NCBI GenBank assembly: GCA_965366365.1
Contig: CBDUEV010000031.1
Location: forward strand, 1-33,438
DNA: 33,438 nucleotides
Source: an uncultured Acidimicrobiia bacterium
Lineage (GTDB): Bacteria; Actinomycetota; Acidimicrobiia; Spongiisociales; JAENVV01
Direction of reading: 5' to 3'
How positions within the stretch are numbered: the first letter of the stretch is position 1; the number at the start of each line of letters is the position of its first letter. This document shows, one piece after another, positions 23,861 to 32,104 of this stretch. The notes below the pieces were generated by a model that saw only the letters and a program-made list of their open reading frames with translations, was not told the DNA's origin and did no database searches. The position numbers and the translations under genes were made by a program.

Positions 23861-24792
23861 CTGAAGTCCACCATCGACTCGACTGTTCCGACCGAGCGGC
23901 CGCCTCCGAGCACCTTTCGGTCACGAAGCTGATCACCAGACCCAACCGAGATGCCCAACGTTCTGATGGCGCCGATGATTCCCGCTTCGGCGCCTCGTTC
24001 GTCGCCGTCCCACGCTTTGGCGGCGAGGCCGATCCCGTTTCGGACCGAGACCCCGACACACCCTTCGGCACCCACTTTCGCAGCCGCGTTCAGACAGGTG
24101 GCGATACGCTGGTCGATTCTGCCGTTCTCCGAGGCGAGCGCCGGGAAGCGGTGCATGGCGGTCCAGGCCCGTTTGAAACGGCGGTCGACGCCCAACCGAG
24201 CGAAGGCGGTGGCCAGGCCGCGGGTCGACACCTCGAAAACGGGAGCTCCGCACCCATCCACGCCCGGGTCGCCGAGGTCCTCCCCGGTGACCTCTTGCAG
24301 CAGCGCGGCCACCCGCACCTGAAGCGGGTGCTCGGGTTCGAGATAGGTATCGGTGGGCCAACCGGCGGCCACGCACGCCGCCAACCAACCGGCGTGCTTG
24401 CCCGAGCAGTTGTGAAAGAGAGGACGTGGACCGCCGGCCCCGCCACGCACCGCCACGTCGCGAGCCGTGGCCGAAAGCGGGAAGTCCGGCGGCGTCTGCA
24501 GAGCAGACTCGTCGAGTCCGGCATTGGCGAGAATCTGTCGAACCAACGCCAGATGGGCTGGGAATCCGCCGTGGCTGGCGCAGGCGACTGCCAGTTCCTC
24601 GTCAACCAGCGCCGCTCCGGCCTCCAGAGTGATGGTTGCCTGGAAGGGCTTGACCGAGGAACGGGAGTAGAAACGACGATCGACGTCCCCCCAGGCGGCA
24701 CGCAGGCCGCCATCCTCGTTGCATACTGCCACTGCTCCGTGGTGTTCGGCTTCTACGACACCCGAGCGAACGACGCGGGCGAGCAGGCTCAA
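23857..24792 (-). CDS. L-asparaginase II family protein
   Basis: HHGAVAV....G......G......F.RSSVKPFQA and NCSGKHAGWLAAC motifs of asparaginase_2. ATGA overlap with the downstream GNAT gene. Confidence 0.8.
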   Translation of the reverse strand: MSLLARVVRSGVVEAEHHGAVAVCNEDGGLRAAWGDVDRRFYSRSSVKPFQATITLEAGAALVDEELAVACASHGGFPAHLALVRQILANAGLDESALQTPPDFPLSATARDVAVRGGAGGPRPLFHNCSGKHAGWLAACVAAGWPTDTYLEPEHPLQVRVAALLQEVTGEDLGDPGVDGCGAPVFEVSTRGLATAFARLGVDRRFKRAWTAMHRFPALASENGRIDQRIATCLNAAAKVGAEGCVGVSVRNGIGLAAKAWDGDERGAEAGIIGAIRTLGISVGSGDQLRDRKVLGGGRSVGTVESMVDFR

Positions 24793-25319
24793 CTGTCCGT
24801 CGACAGCTCTTCGGTCACCTGATCTCGGTAGATCCCCGTGATGCGTGCTTGAAGCAGGTCGAAACGCTCCTGAACCGCCCGGCGTTGCTCCGAAACGGCC
24901 GCTTCGGTCTCGGTCAATGTACGTTGGATGAGCAACAGATCCTCGTCGTCGAGATCGGGCATCCGCGTCAGGAAGTCGTCCTCGAGCACATCATCGATCG
25001 GGCGGCGGCGTTCGTCGGGGAGATCAGGTGAGAACTCTCCACGAACCCGACCCACCTGGCCACCGGCCTTTTCTCCGGCTCCGAGGATGTCGGCGAGAGC
25101 CTCGATCAAGGTGCGGGTCTCCTCTCCGCGGCGTTTGGCCAACTCGAAGTTGAGCAGGTCCATGCGGCCGTGCAGCAGGCGCCGATAGAACGAGAGCTCG
25201 GTCTCGACGTCGGCAGCCATGGCGCGACGCTCGCGCATCTCCGACACCTCGATCGTGTCGAGATCGGCTACGAAATCAGGCGACATGATGATGTCGATGC
25301 GTCGTCGTTGTTGTTCCAC
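24789..25319 (-). CDS. RsiG-like coiled-coil protein carrying two E(x)3S(x)2R(x)3Q(x)3D c-di-GMP-binding-type motifs (putative anti-sigma factor)
   Basis: Motif 1 ETELSFYRRLLHGRMD (Q replaced by H). Motif 2 EAAVSEQRRAVQERFD (perfect). GTG start with an AAGGAG Shine-Dalgarno 6 nt upstream. ATGA overlap with the asparaginase gene. Confidence 0.5.
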   Translation of the reverse strand: MEQQRRRIDIIMSPDFVADLDTIEVSEMRERRAMAADVETELSFYRRLLHGRMDLLNFELAKRRGEETRTLIEALADILGAGEKAGGQVGRVRGEFSPDLPDERRRPIDDVLEDDFLTRMPDLDDEDLLLIQRTLTETEAAVSEQRRAVQERFDLLQARITGIYRDQVTEELSTDS

Positions 25320-25328
25320 GGTTCTCCT

Positions 25329-26423
25329 TCAGCAGTTCCGAGCCAGGGTCGGATAGGGGTTGACCCATCCGCCCTGGACCGGGCGTATCCCAAAATGCAG
25401 GTGCGGCGCGCCACCCCGAGCATTCCCGGAATCGCCGGTGTAGCCGATGACCTGGCCGATCGTGACCTGTTGTCCGTTCTTCAATCCTGAAGCGTATCCG
25501 CTCAGATGGGCGTAATAGTACTGGACTCCGTAGTCGGATTTCACCCAGAGGGCCGTGCCGCCGAGTCCGCCGCTCCGCAGTTCGACGATTCCGTTCGCCA
25601 CGGCGACCTGGGGATGGCCGTACGGCGAGAAGATGTCGGTTCCCTGGTGGGTGCGACCACCTGTGCGAGGGAACCCCCAGTCGTTGATGAAGGAGATGGG
25701 CTCCCCCATCGGGCAGATGAACCCAGGAGTCGCCTCGGCAGGAAGGCCGCCGGCGGCGCCTTTGGCGGCCGCGGCACGAGCGGCCGCCTCGCGCGCCAGT
25801 TGTTGTTCGTACTCGGCCAGCAATCGCGTGCACTCTCCCGAGAGCTCCTGATAGGAATTCTGGCCCTCGATGAGAGCGGCGGCCATCTCTTTCTGAAAAG
25901 CCTCTGCGGAGGCCCGCAGATCAGCGAGTTCCTCCTGGGCTGCCTTCAGCCCTGTACGCAGTTCCTCGGCTTCGGCGGCGAGCACATCGAGGCGAGCCAC
26001 GGCGGCAATGTCTTCATCGGTTGCCGACTCGAGGAAGGTGCGGCCTGTGAGGAACGTCTCGACATTGTCGGAGAGCAGCAGGATATCCGTGGAGCGCGCC
26101 CCGCCGGCCATGTAGAGCTGAACCGCCCGCTCGATGACGGCGTGGCGGGTGGTGGCGAGTTCGTCCTCGTGGACTTCGATTTCGGCCCTCATGCCCAGCT
26201 CTTGAAAGGAGACGGCCTCGAGTCGGCTGTTCGACTCGTTGTAGGCGGCCGCGGCGGCATCGAAGGTGGCCTGAGCCGCTTCGAACGTGGCGAGGGCTCG
26301 GGCGCTCTCTTCGCAGGCGGCGTCGACCTCGTCTTTGGTCACCGAGATCGCCGGGACGGCCAATCCCAGCACGACGCCGACAACGAGGAGAGTGAAGAGG
26401 ATGCGGACAACGCGGTTGCGCAT
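25329..26423 (-). CDS. M23-family metallopeptidase with an N-terminal signal anchor and coiled-coil region (EnvC-like)
   Basis: C-terminal HQGTDIF...G.PV.A.ANG.V......GG.G....V.H..G..YYYAHLS...GQ.VG.TGDSGNA...PHLHF, an M23 LytM domain. Start at ATG 26421-26423 (MRNRVVRILFTLLVVG...). Confidence 0.8.
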   Translation of the reverse strand: MRNRVVRILFTLLVVGVVLGLAVPAISVTKDEVDAACEESARALATFEAAQATFDAAAAAYNESNSRLEAVSFQELGMRAEIEVHEDELATTRHAVIERAVQLYMAGGARSTDILLLSDNVETFLTGRTFLESATDEDIAAVARLDVLAAEAEELRTGLKAAQEELADLRASAEAFQKEMAAALIEGQNSYQELSGECTRLLAEYEQQLAREAAARAAAAKGAAGGLPAEATPGFICPMGEPISFINDWGFPRTGGRTHQGTDIFSPYGHPQVAVANGIVELRSGGLGGTALWVKSDYGVQYYYAHLSGYASGLKNGQQVTIGQVIGYTGDSGNARGGAPHLHFGIRPVQGGWVNPYPTLARNC

Positions 26424-26560
26424 TGAGGGAAGGGTAATCCAGAAGGGTCCCGGTCTCTGGTCTTTCGCCCTGACCGGCGTGCGGGCAACGGACCCGAGAA
26501 ACCCAAGCTCCGCAAGGCAGAACGAGGTCCGGCGAGTATTCTCACATCGGAGAGGAAACC

Positions 26561-27085
26561 ATGGGATTGCTCGCTCAGCTCGGCTTCGTTGCCGAGCCAC
26601 CGAACGCTCTGCAGGTGGCGGCTCAGAAGCTGGGCTCCAGCCGGCAATGGGCGTGGGTGTTCTCGAAGACGCTCTATCCGATGGACCGGGTCATGTTCCG
26701 GCTCAGTGGTGGGCGCTTGACCCTTCCGAGCCTCCTGGCCGGTGTTCCGGTGATACTCCTCACGACCACCGGGGCACGCACCGGACAGCCGCGCACGATG
26801 CCCTTGCTCGGTATCCCTTTTGGCGACGACCTGGCGATCATCGGCTCGAATTACGGTCAGGAGGCCACGCCAGGCTGGGTCTACAACCTGGAAGCCGACC
26901 CCAACGCCGCCGTCGAGTATCGGGGAAAGAACGTCCGGGTGGTGGCCCGCCTCGCCGACGATGACGAGACGGCGAAGGCGTTCGAGGCGGCAGAGGACGT
27001 GTACCTCGGGTACGCCAAGTATCGGTCGCGCGCCGATCATCGACGCCTCAGGGTCTTCGTGCTCGAATCCCTCACCGCCGCCTGA
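26561..27085 (+). CDS. Deazaflavin (F420)-dependent nitroreductase-family oxidoreductase (FDOR/DUF385)
   Basis: LLTTTGARTGQPRTMPL...IIGSNYGQEATPGWVYNLEADP.A.VEY.G motifs. GGAGAGGAAA Shine-Dalgarno. Confidence 0.75.
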   Translation: MGLLAQLGFVAEPPNALQVAAQKLGSSRQWAWVFSKTLYPMDRVMFRLSGGRLTLPSLLAGVPVILLTTTGARTGQPRTMPLLGIPFGDDLAIIGSNYGQEATPGWVYNLEADPNAAVEYRGKNVRVVARLADDDETAKAFEAAEDVYLGYAKYRSRADHRRLRVFVLESLTAA

Positions 27086-27157
27086 CGACGAGTCCGCAGC
27101 GCGCTGCCCGGGTCGCGCACACCGAGCTCCGCTGCCGCGCAGCTATCCTCGCCGACG

Positions 27158-27526
27158 ATGAGAACTCTCCTCTTCGTTGCCGCCGGCGGCGCCGTCGGTA
27201 CGGCGGCACGCTATCTGGTCGGAACCTGGATGAAGAACGTCGGCACCCTCCCATGGGGCACCACGACGGTCAACCTCGCCGGGTCTTTTGCCCTGGGGAT
27301 GCTGGCGGGAGTCCTCGCCGAGGGAAGCAGGATCGACGCCGATCTCCGCACAGGCGTCACGGTCGGCATCCTAGGAGGGTTCACCACGTTCAGCACCTGG
27401 ACCGTGGAGTCTGTCGAGTTGATCGGATCGGGCAAATGGTCGCTGGCCGCTCTGAACATCTTCGGTGCCCTGGCGGCCGGCCTCGTGGCGGCCGGACTTG
27501 GGCTGGCGCTCGGCCGGGCCGTGTAA
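27158..27526 (+). CDS. crcB: Fluoride ion channel CrcB/FluC
   Basis: 122-aa, 4-TM protein with GGAVGTAARY...LPWGT...GSFALG...GILGGFTTFSTW motifs. Confidence 0.9.
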   Translation: MRTLLFVAAGGAVGTAARYLVGTWMKNVGTLPWGTTTVNLAGSFALGMLAGVLAEGSRIDADLRTGVTVGILGGFTTFSTWTVESVELIGSGKWSLAALNIFGALAAGLVAAGLGLALGRAV

Positions 27527-27530
27527 ACCG

Positions 27531-28538
27531 TCAGGAGACCATCCGCAGGATCGGCAGAAAGACGGCGGCGGCGAGCAGAGGACCATCCAGCTCCGAGAGA
27601 ATCCCCGGTGGGCGGTCCACGAGGTAGACCTCCCCGATCCGACACAGCGCCCCGAAGCCGCGCCCGGCTATCAACGCCATGGCAACCACGGCGCCTTCGA
27701 GCAGGAAATAGACCAGCTCGCTCTGCTCCCACCTCCAAGCCGCCAGGAGACCCGCCACAATGGCGCCGATCGCGCCGAGCACGTACGGATCGAGGAAGGG
27801 GACGGCGAATCGAGTGGCGAGCCATGTGGCCAGCCCGGCGACCGCCACCTGAACCAAGAAGATGCCGATGAGACGTTCCCCCGAGGCGCCGATCCTGACG
27901 AGAAGCAGCGAGGCGACACCCAGTCCCGCCACCAGCTGCACGATCAGGCTCGTAGAGAGAATGGTGAGGTGACGGGCGTCCTCCAAGATCACCGCCCATA
28001 CGAGGCTGGCGACGATGGCAAAAATGACGACGATGCCGTAGCCGGCGAACCCCTTGCCGAGTGACGCCATGCCTGCCACGGCGATGACGGCAGCCACGAC
28101 GGTGGCGAAGATCGGGCCGAGCTGGAGGTTCAGGCCGCCGTCATTGGTTTCCCGCCACAAGTCGAGCACCCACAGGCTCACCACACCTACGAGTGCTGCG
28201 CCAAACCAAGCGGGAGAGCCGAGGATGTTGGCGAGTGCCAGCACCACGAGGCTTCCGACAATGCCCGCCACATTGGTGATCGGGGTCTCTTCGACGTTGA
28301 TAGCGCCGCCGGAGACCGGGGGGATGAGCGCCACCTCGTCGCTGGGGGCGACGGCGTCCTCGGCCTGAGCCGGATCGCCGTTGAGCCAGACGCCGGCGTG
28401 CGAGACCCCGGCCCCGAAGGCAGGGCCGTATTTCTCAACGACTGCGGCAACCACGGAACCGACGGTTTCGCCGTCGACCTCGATTCGTGAGGTCCCCGCA
28501 ATCTCCCGCAAGTTGGCGAACAGTCTGACTCGAGCCAT
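27531..28538 (-). CDS. MoaD/ThiS-like sulfur-carrier domain (ending ...PPVSGG) fused in frame to a ~250-aa polytopic membrane domain
   Basis: N-terminal MARVRLFANLREIAG...VWLNG...DEVALIPPVSGG is a MoaD signature, and the ORF continues into about 8 hydrophobic segments with no stop. ATG at 28536-28538 is preferred over the ORF-track start at 28577. Confidence 0.55.
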   Translation of the reverse strand: MARVRLFANLREIAGTSRIEVDGETVGSVVAAVVEKYGPAFGAGVSHAGVWLNGDPAQAEDAVAPSDEVALIPPVSGGAINVEETPITNVAGIVGSLVVLALANILGSPAWFGAALVGVVSLWVLDLWRETNDGGLNLQLGPIFATVVAAVIAVAGMASLGKGFAGYGIVVIFAIVASLVWAVILEDARHLTILSTSLIVQLVAGLGVASLLLVRIGASGERLIGIFLVQVAVAGLATWLATRFAVPFLDPYVLGAIGAIVAGLLAAWRWEQSELVYFLLEGAVVAMALIAGRGFGALCRIGEVYLVDRPPGILSELDGPLLAAAVFLPILRMVS

Positions 28539-28594
28539 GCGTAGCAGCCTACCTGCCCCTGGCCGCGCGACGGCCATTCCGACGAGGACGCGAC

Positions 28595-28624
28595 GAACCC
28601 CCGGAACGTCGGTTCCGGGGGTTC
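28595..28624 (-). terminator. Perfect 13-bp stem hairpin (GAACCCCCGGAAC-GTCG-GTTCCGGGGGTTC) immediately 3' of the flotillin gene; a U-tract-less terminator candidate
   Basis: Perfect inverted repeat seen directly, starting 7 nt past the flotillin stop. Confidence 0.45.
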
Positions 28625-28630
28625 ATCAGG

Positions 28631-29932
28631 TCAGTCGGCCTGCGGAGGCGTGGGCGGGTTGGGCCGCTCCTCGGTGGCCGCCACTTCGACGACATCCTTG
28701 TTCAGGTGACTGAGGATGTTGACGCCGGTGGCATTCTCGATCTGCTCGGTGATCTTGATCACGGAGGCAGGCAACTGGCTCATGAGACCGGGGATCGAAT
28801 CTCCGCCGCCGCCGCCCGAGTCGATGACGGACACCTTGTCGATGTTCACGCCCTTGACCGTGTCGACGATCTGACCGACCAGGTCCGGCAGCATGTTGAG
28901 GACGAAGATCTTCTCGGCGTCTGCTCCAGCGGCCTTGTACTGCTGGGTCAAGCGGTTAAAAACCTCGATCTGGGCGGACCCATCCTCGATGATCTTGGCT
29001 GCGTTTCCCTTCGCCTCCAGCTCGGCGGCTTCTTTCTGAGCGCGCGCCGGGGTCACCACGTCGGCTTCGAGTCGGCGCTTCTGCAGTTCGATGCGAGCCG
29101 TTTCCACCTCTTGCTGGGCAATCGCACGAGCCTTTTCGCCGGCCACCTTGGCGACCTCCTCCTTGACGATCGCCTCTGCTTCCAGATCGGCGGTGCGCAT
29201 GCGGAGATCATTCTGTTGGGTCACGATGGCGAGATCGGCCTGCACGCGAGCCACCTCGGCCCTACGACGGGCCTCCGCCTCGTTCTCTTCGGCCTCGGCC
29301 TTGCGCTCGGCCTCGGTGACGCGGGCGTCCTTGATGACGGTGGCAGTGCGCCGCCGACCGACCGACTCGAGGTACCCGACCTCGTCGGTGACGTTCTGGA
29401 TCTTGAGCACGTCGAGTTCCAGCCCCAGGGTGCGAATGTCGTCATCAGCCTCGTCGATGAGCGTGGTGGCGAACTTGAGCCGGTCCTCGTTGACTTCCTC
29501 CGGGGTGAGGGTTGCCAAGACACCACGGAGGTTGGCCTCGAGGGTTTCTTTGGCGATCTGGCTCACGGTTTCGGTAGGACGCCCGAGGAACCGCTCGATG
29601 GCATTGTCGAGCACGCCTGGCTTGGACGAGATCTTCACGTTGGCGATGCCTTGCACATTGAGGGGGATGGTGCCCTTGGAATAGGCGTTGTGGACCGACA
29701 CATCGATGGCCTGAGTGGACAAGTCCATCCACTCCACCCGGGTGAAGATCGGAACGCGATAGCCCCGATTGCCCTGGATGACCTTGTAGCCCTTGCGGCC
29801 CTCGGATCCGGGACCGCCAGAGATGACCGCCACCTGGTTGGGTGGGACCACCACGACCAGCTGACTGGCGATCACGACGATCGCAATCAGCAGCGCCACC
29901 ACCAGACCGGCGATGATCAAGAAGCCTTCCAT
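28631..29932 (-). CDS. Flotillin-like SPFH/band-7 protein (YqiK/FloA-FloT type)
   Basis: N-terminal TM, SPFH domain, a long Ala/Glu/Arg-rich coiled-coil and C-terminal region. Confidence 0.88.
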   Translation of the reverse strand: MEGFLIIAGLVVALLIAIVVIASQLVVVVPPNQVAVISGGPGSEGRKGYKVIQGNRGYRVPIFTRVEWMDLSTQAIDVSVHNAYSKGTIPLNVQGIANVKISSKPGVLDNAIERFLGRPTETVSQIAKETLEANLRGVLATLTPEEVNEDRLKFATTLIDEADDDIRTLGLELDVLKIQNVTDEVGYLESVGRRRTATVIKDARVTEAERKAEAEENEAEARRRAEVARVQADLAIVTQQNDLRMRTADLEAEAIVKEEVAKVAGEKARAIAQQEVETARIELQKRRLEADVVTPARAQKEAAELEAKGNAAKIIEDGSAQIEVFNRLTQQYKAAGADAEKIFVLNMLPDLVGQIVDTVKGVNIDKVSVIDSGGGGGDSIPGLMSQLPASVIKITEQIENATGVNILSHLNKDVVEVAATEERPNPPTPPQAD

Positions 29933-29962
29933 GTTTTTTTGCCTTTCGTTCGTGAGCTTTCC

Positions 29963-30628
29963 TCAGTCACCATGACTGAGTTCGTCGAGCCGAGCGATGA
30001 GGGCGGTGCCCCCTTCGTCCATATCGACGATGACGATTTCGTCTCCAACGGTGAGTTGGGAAGCGGTGCGGTCGTTGTAGTGGCGAGCCACGATGTACAC
30101 AGGCTGACCGTCCACCTCGATGGCTACCTTGCCACGGGCTCCGGGTTCGACGGGAATCACGACCCGCCCGGGCGAGCCCGTCATCTCGGCTCGGGTGATG
30201 GCGCTGGAGCCGCCTCCGCTCTTGATCCAGCGCATGAGCCAGGAGTTGAAGTACGCGCCGAGGAATCCGACTCCGATTGCCCAAGGCAGCGCAGCAAGGG
30301 ACGTCCAGACCGCTCCCAGAGCCAGTCCGGTCGCACCGAACCCGGCGAGGAAGAACAGCACCGAGCGGAACGACAGAACGCCGAGCAGCGTCTCGCCGAG
30401 TGCGCTCCCCCAGCCGCCCTCGACATCGAGGTCCAGGTCCCCGGCGTCGACGTCCAGATCCATGTCGGCGTCGATATCGAGGTCCACGTCGGCGTCGAAA
30501 TCGAGGTCCATGTCCATGTCGGCGTCGAGGTCGAAGTCGCTCTGACTCCCGAAGACCAGCATGAGTGTGACCATCGCCCACCCCACGACGGCACAAAACG
30601 CGTAGAGCCCTACCAGTGTGAACTCCAT
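29963..30628 (-). CDS. NfeD-like membrane protein (YqiJ-type flotillin partner) with an acidic (D-x)n low-complexity segment
   Basis: Located upstream of flotillin. N-terminal TMs and a C-terminal OB-fold-like soluble domain (GRVVIPVEPGARGKVAIEVDGQPVYIVAR). Segment DFDLDADMDMDLDFDADVDLDIDADMDLDVDAGDLDLDVE. Confidence 0.75.
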   Translation of the reverse strand: MEFTLVGLYAFCAVVGWAMVTLMLVFGSQSDFDLDADMDMDLDFDADVDLDIDADMDLDVDAGDLDLDVEGGWGSALGETLLGVLSFRSVLFFLAGFGATGLALGAVWTSLAALPWAIGVGFLGAYFNSWLMRWIKSGGGSSAITRAEMTGSPGRVVIPVEPGARGKVAIEVDGQPVYIVARHYNDRTASQLTVGDEIVIVDMDEGGTALIARLDELSHGD

Positions 30629-30656
30629 CTCCGTCGCGCCCTTCGTCCGTCTTTCG

Positions 30657-31340
30657 CTACTTAACTACGGTACCTGCTGGCGGGTTCCCATTTTCCGCTT
30701 TTCGGCGCGCCGACAGGCTCGACGCCACCGCCCCCCAACCGGCGTCGGCGAGCCACACCCAGACCGCTGCCAGCAGGGGCGACACGATCAAGACCAGGAC
30801 CAGCTGCCAGACGCCGAGGTCGGCGATCCGACCCCAGGTCGAGGCGGTGGCCGCCACGGCAACGAAGAGCATGGGGAGACCTCTCACGGCGATGCGGCCC
30901 GCCTTGTCGGCAGGGATCGCCACCGACCACCCGAGCGCCAGGGCCGCCAGGGCAAACCCCGAGGCGCCCAATGCCAGCAGCGAGCCTCCCACTGCAATCG
31001 CCGCCCCGGTCCCAAGTGCTGTGCGGGGCAGCGATCGGCGGCGCGTCGACGCGAAGGCGGCCGCCCCGACTGCCGCGCCCGACGCCAGGGGGCCGACGAT
31101 CCACACCGCTACCCCTACCGCCTCCCCCACCGAACCGCCGATCGAAAGGTTCCGCTTGAACACCCACACTGCAGCCGCCACCACCAACGTGAGCAGCGCC
31201 ACAACACCCACCACGACGGCCGCGGCAACCGCCGCCACATAGGCCCAGAGCAGCGCCAGAGGCAGAGCCTTGGCGACGGCGCGGGTTGTGATGGGCTGGA
31301 GGAACCCCTCCGGTGCCTCCAAGGGACTCTGCTCGGTCAT
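30657..31340 (-). CDS. Hypothetical membrane protein (about 6 TM, Ala/Val/Gly-rich)
   Basis: ATG 31338-31340 overlaps the dienelactone hydrolase stop (ATGA). The hydrophobic profile fits. A competing overlapping frame (30661..31608) is Arg/Pro-rich and judged spurious. Confidence 0.5.
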   Translation of the reverse strand: MTEQSPLEAPEGFLQPITTRAVAKALPLALLWAYVAAVAAAVVVGVVALLTLVVAAAVWVFKRNLSIGGSVGEAVGVAVWIVGPLASGAAVGAAAFASTRRRSLPRTALGTGAAIAVGGSLLALGASGFALAALALGWSVAIPADKAGRIAVRGLPMLFVAVAATASTWGRIADLGVWQLVLVLIVSPLLAAVWVWLADAGWGAVASSLSARRKAENGNPPAGTVVK

Positions 31341-32028
31341 AGCTTCGATCTGAGGAACTCGACCGTGCGCTCCCAGGCGAGGGCCGACGCAGCCTCGTCG
31401 TACACCTCCGGGCGATCGTCGTTGAAGAAGGCGTGATCGGTGCCCGGGTAGGTGTGGAAGGTGACCTCCTTGCCCAGCTCCTCGAGGTGGGCCTCGAGAC
31501 GCTGCGCCCCGTCGAGGGTCGCCCACCCGTCGTTCTCGGCGTAGTGCCCGAGGAAACTGGCGTGGGATGCGGAGTAATCCGGCTGAACCGAGTCCCAGGG
31601 AATGGCACCGTAGAAGGGAACGGCGGCTTTCACCTCGGCCTTGAGAGTGGAGAGCCACAGTACGAGTCCCCCACCCATGCAGAACCCGACCGCTCCCACC
31701 CCGCTACCGGTGGAGGAATCGAGCTCCAGCAGATAGTCCACCGCGCCGGCCATGTCCTCGGCCGCCGTTCCCATCTCCATGTTCATCATGATCTTGCCGG
31801 CGTCGTCTGGCTCGGAGGTGGTCTCGCCGTGATAGAGGTCGGGAGCGAGCGCCACGAACCCCGCCGCGGCGAATCGATCTGCGACGTCCTTGATGTGGTC
31901 GACGAGCCCCCACCACTCCTGGATCACGATCACGCCGGGGCCGGATCCCGAAGCGGGCACGGCCAGATAACCCAGTGCCGACTTGCCGTTCGAAGCGAAT
32001 TCGACCATCTCGCCCATGCGTGCCTCCT
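31337..32028 (-). CDS. Dienelactone hydrolase family protein
   Basis: AAGGAGG Shine-Dalgarno 5 nt upstream of ATG at 32026-32028. GVIVIQEWWGL...VGFCMGG...GTDHAF motifs. The 630-aa ORF-track entry over-extends upstream. Confidence 0.8.
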
Positions 32029-32104
32029 TCGGTTGGATTCTGACCCGATGATACGAGCCTTTCCCCGTCCCGGTAACTGCCCGGAGGCAGTATCGGCGCC
32101 ACAC

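Noticed and set aside
27086-27157. Fluoride riboswitch (crcB motif) upstream of crcB
   Set aside because: Only GC-rich palindromes were seen (GCAGCGCGCTGC). No CUGAUGA-type conserved core is visible.
30661-31608. 315-aa ORF overlapping the 30657..31340 membrane-protein frame
   Set aside because: The product is Arg/Pro/Gly-rich and low-complexity, whereas the alternative frame gives a coherent multi-TM protein with an ATGA-coupled start.
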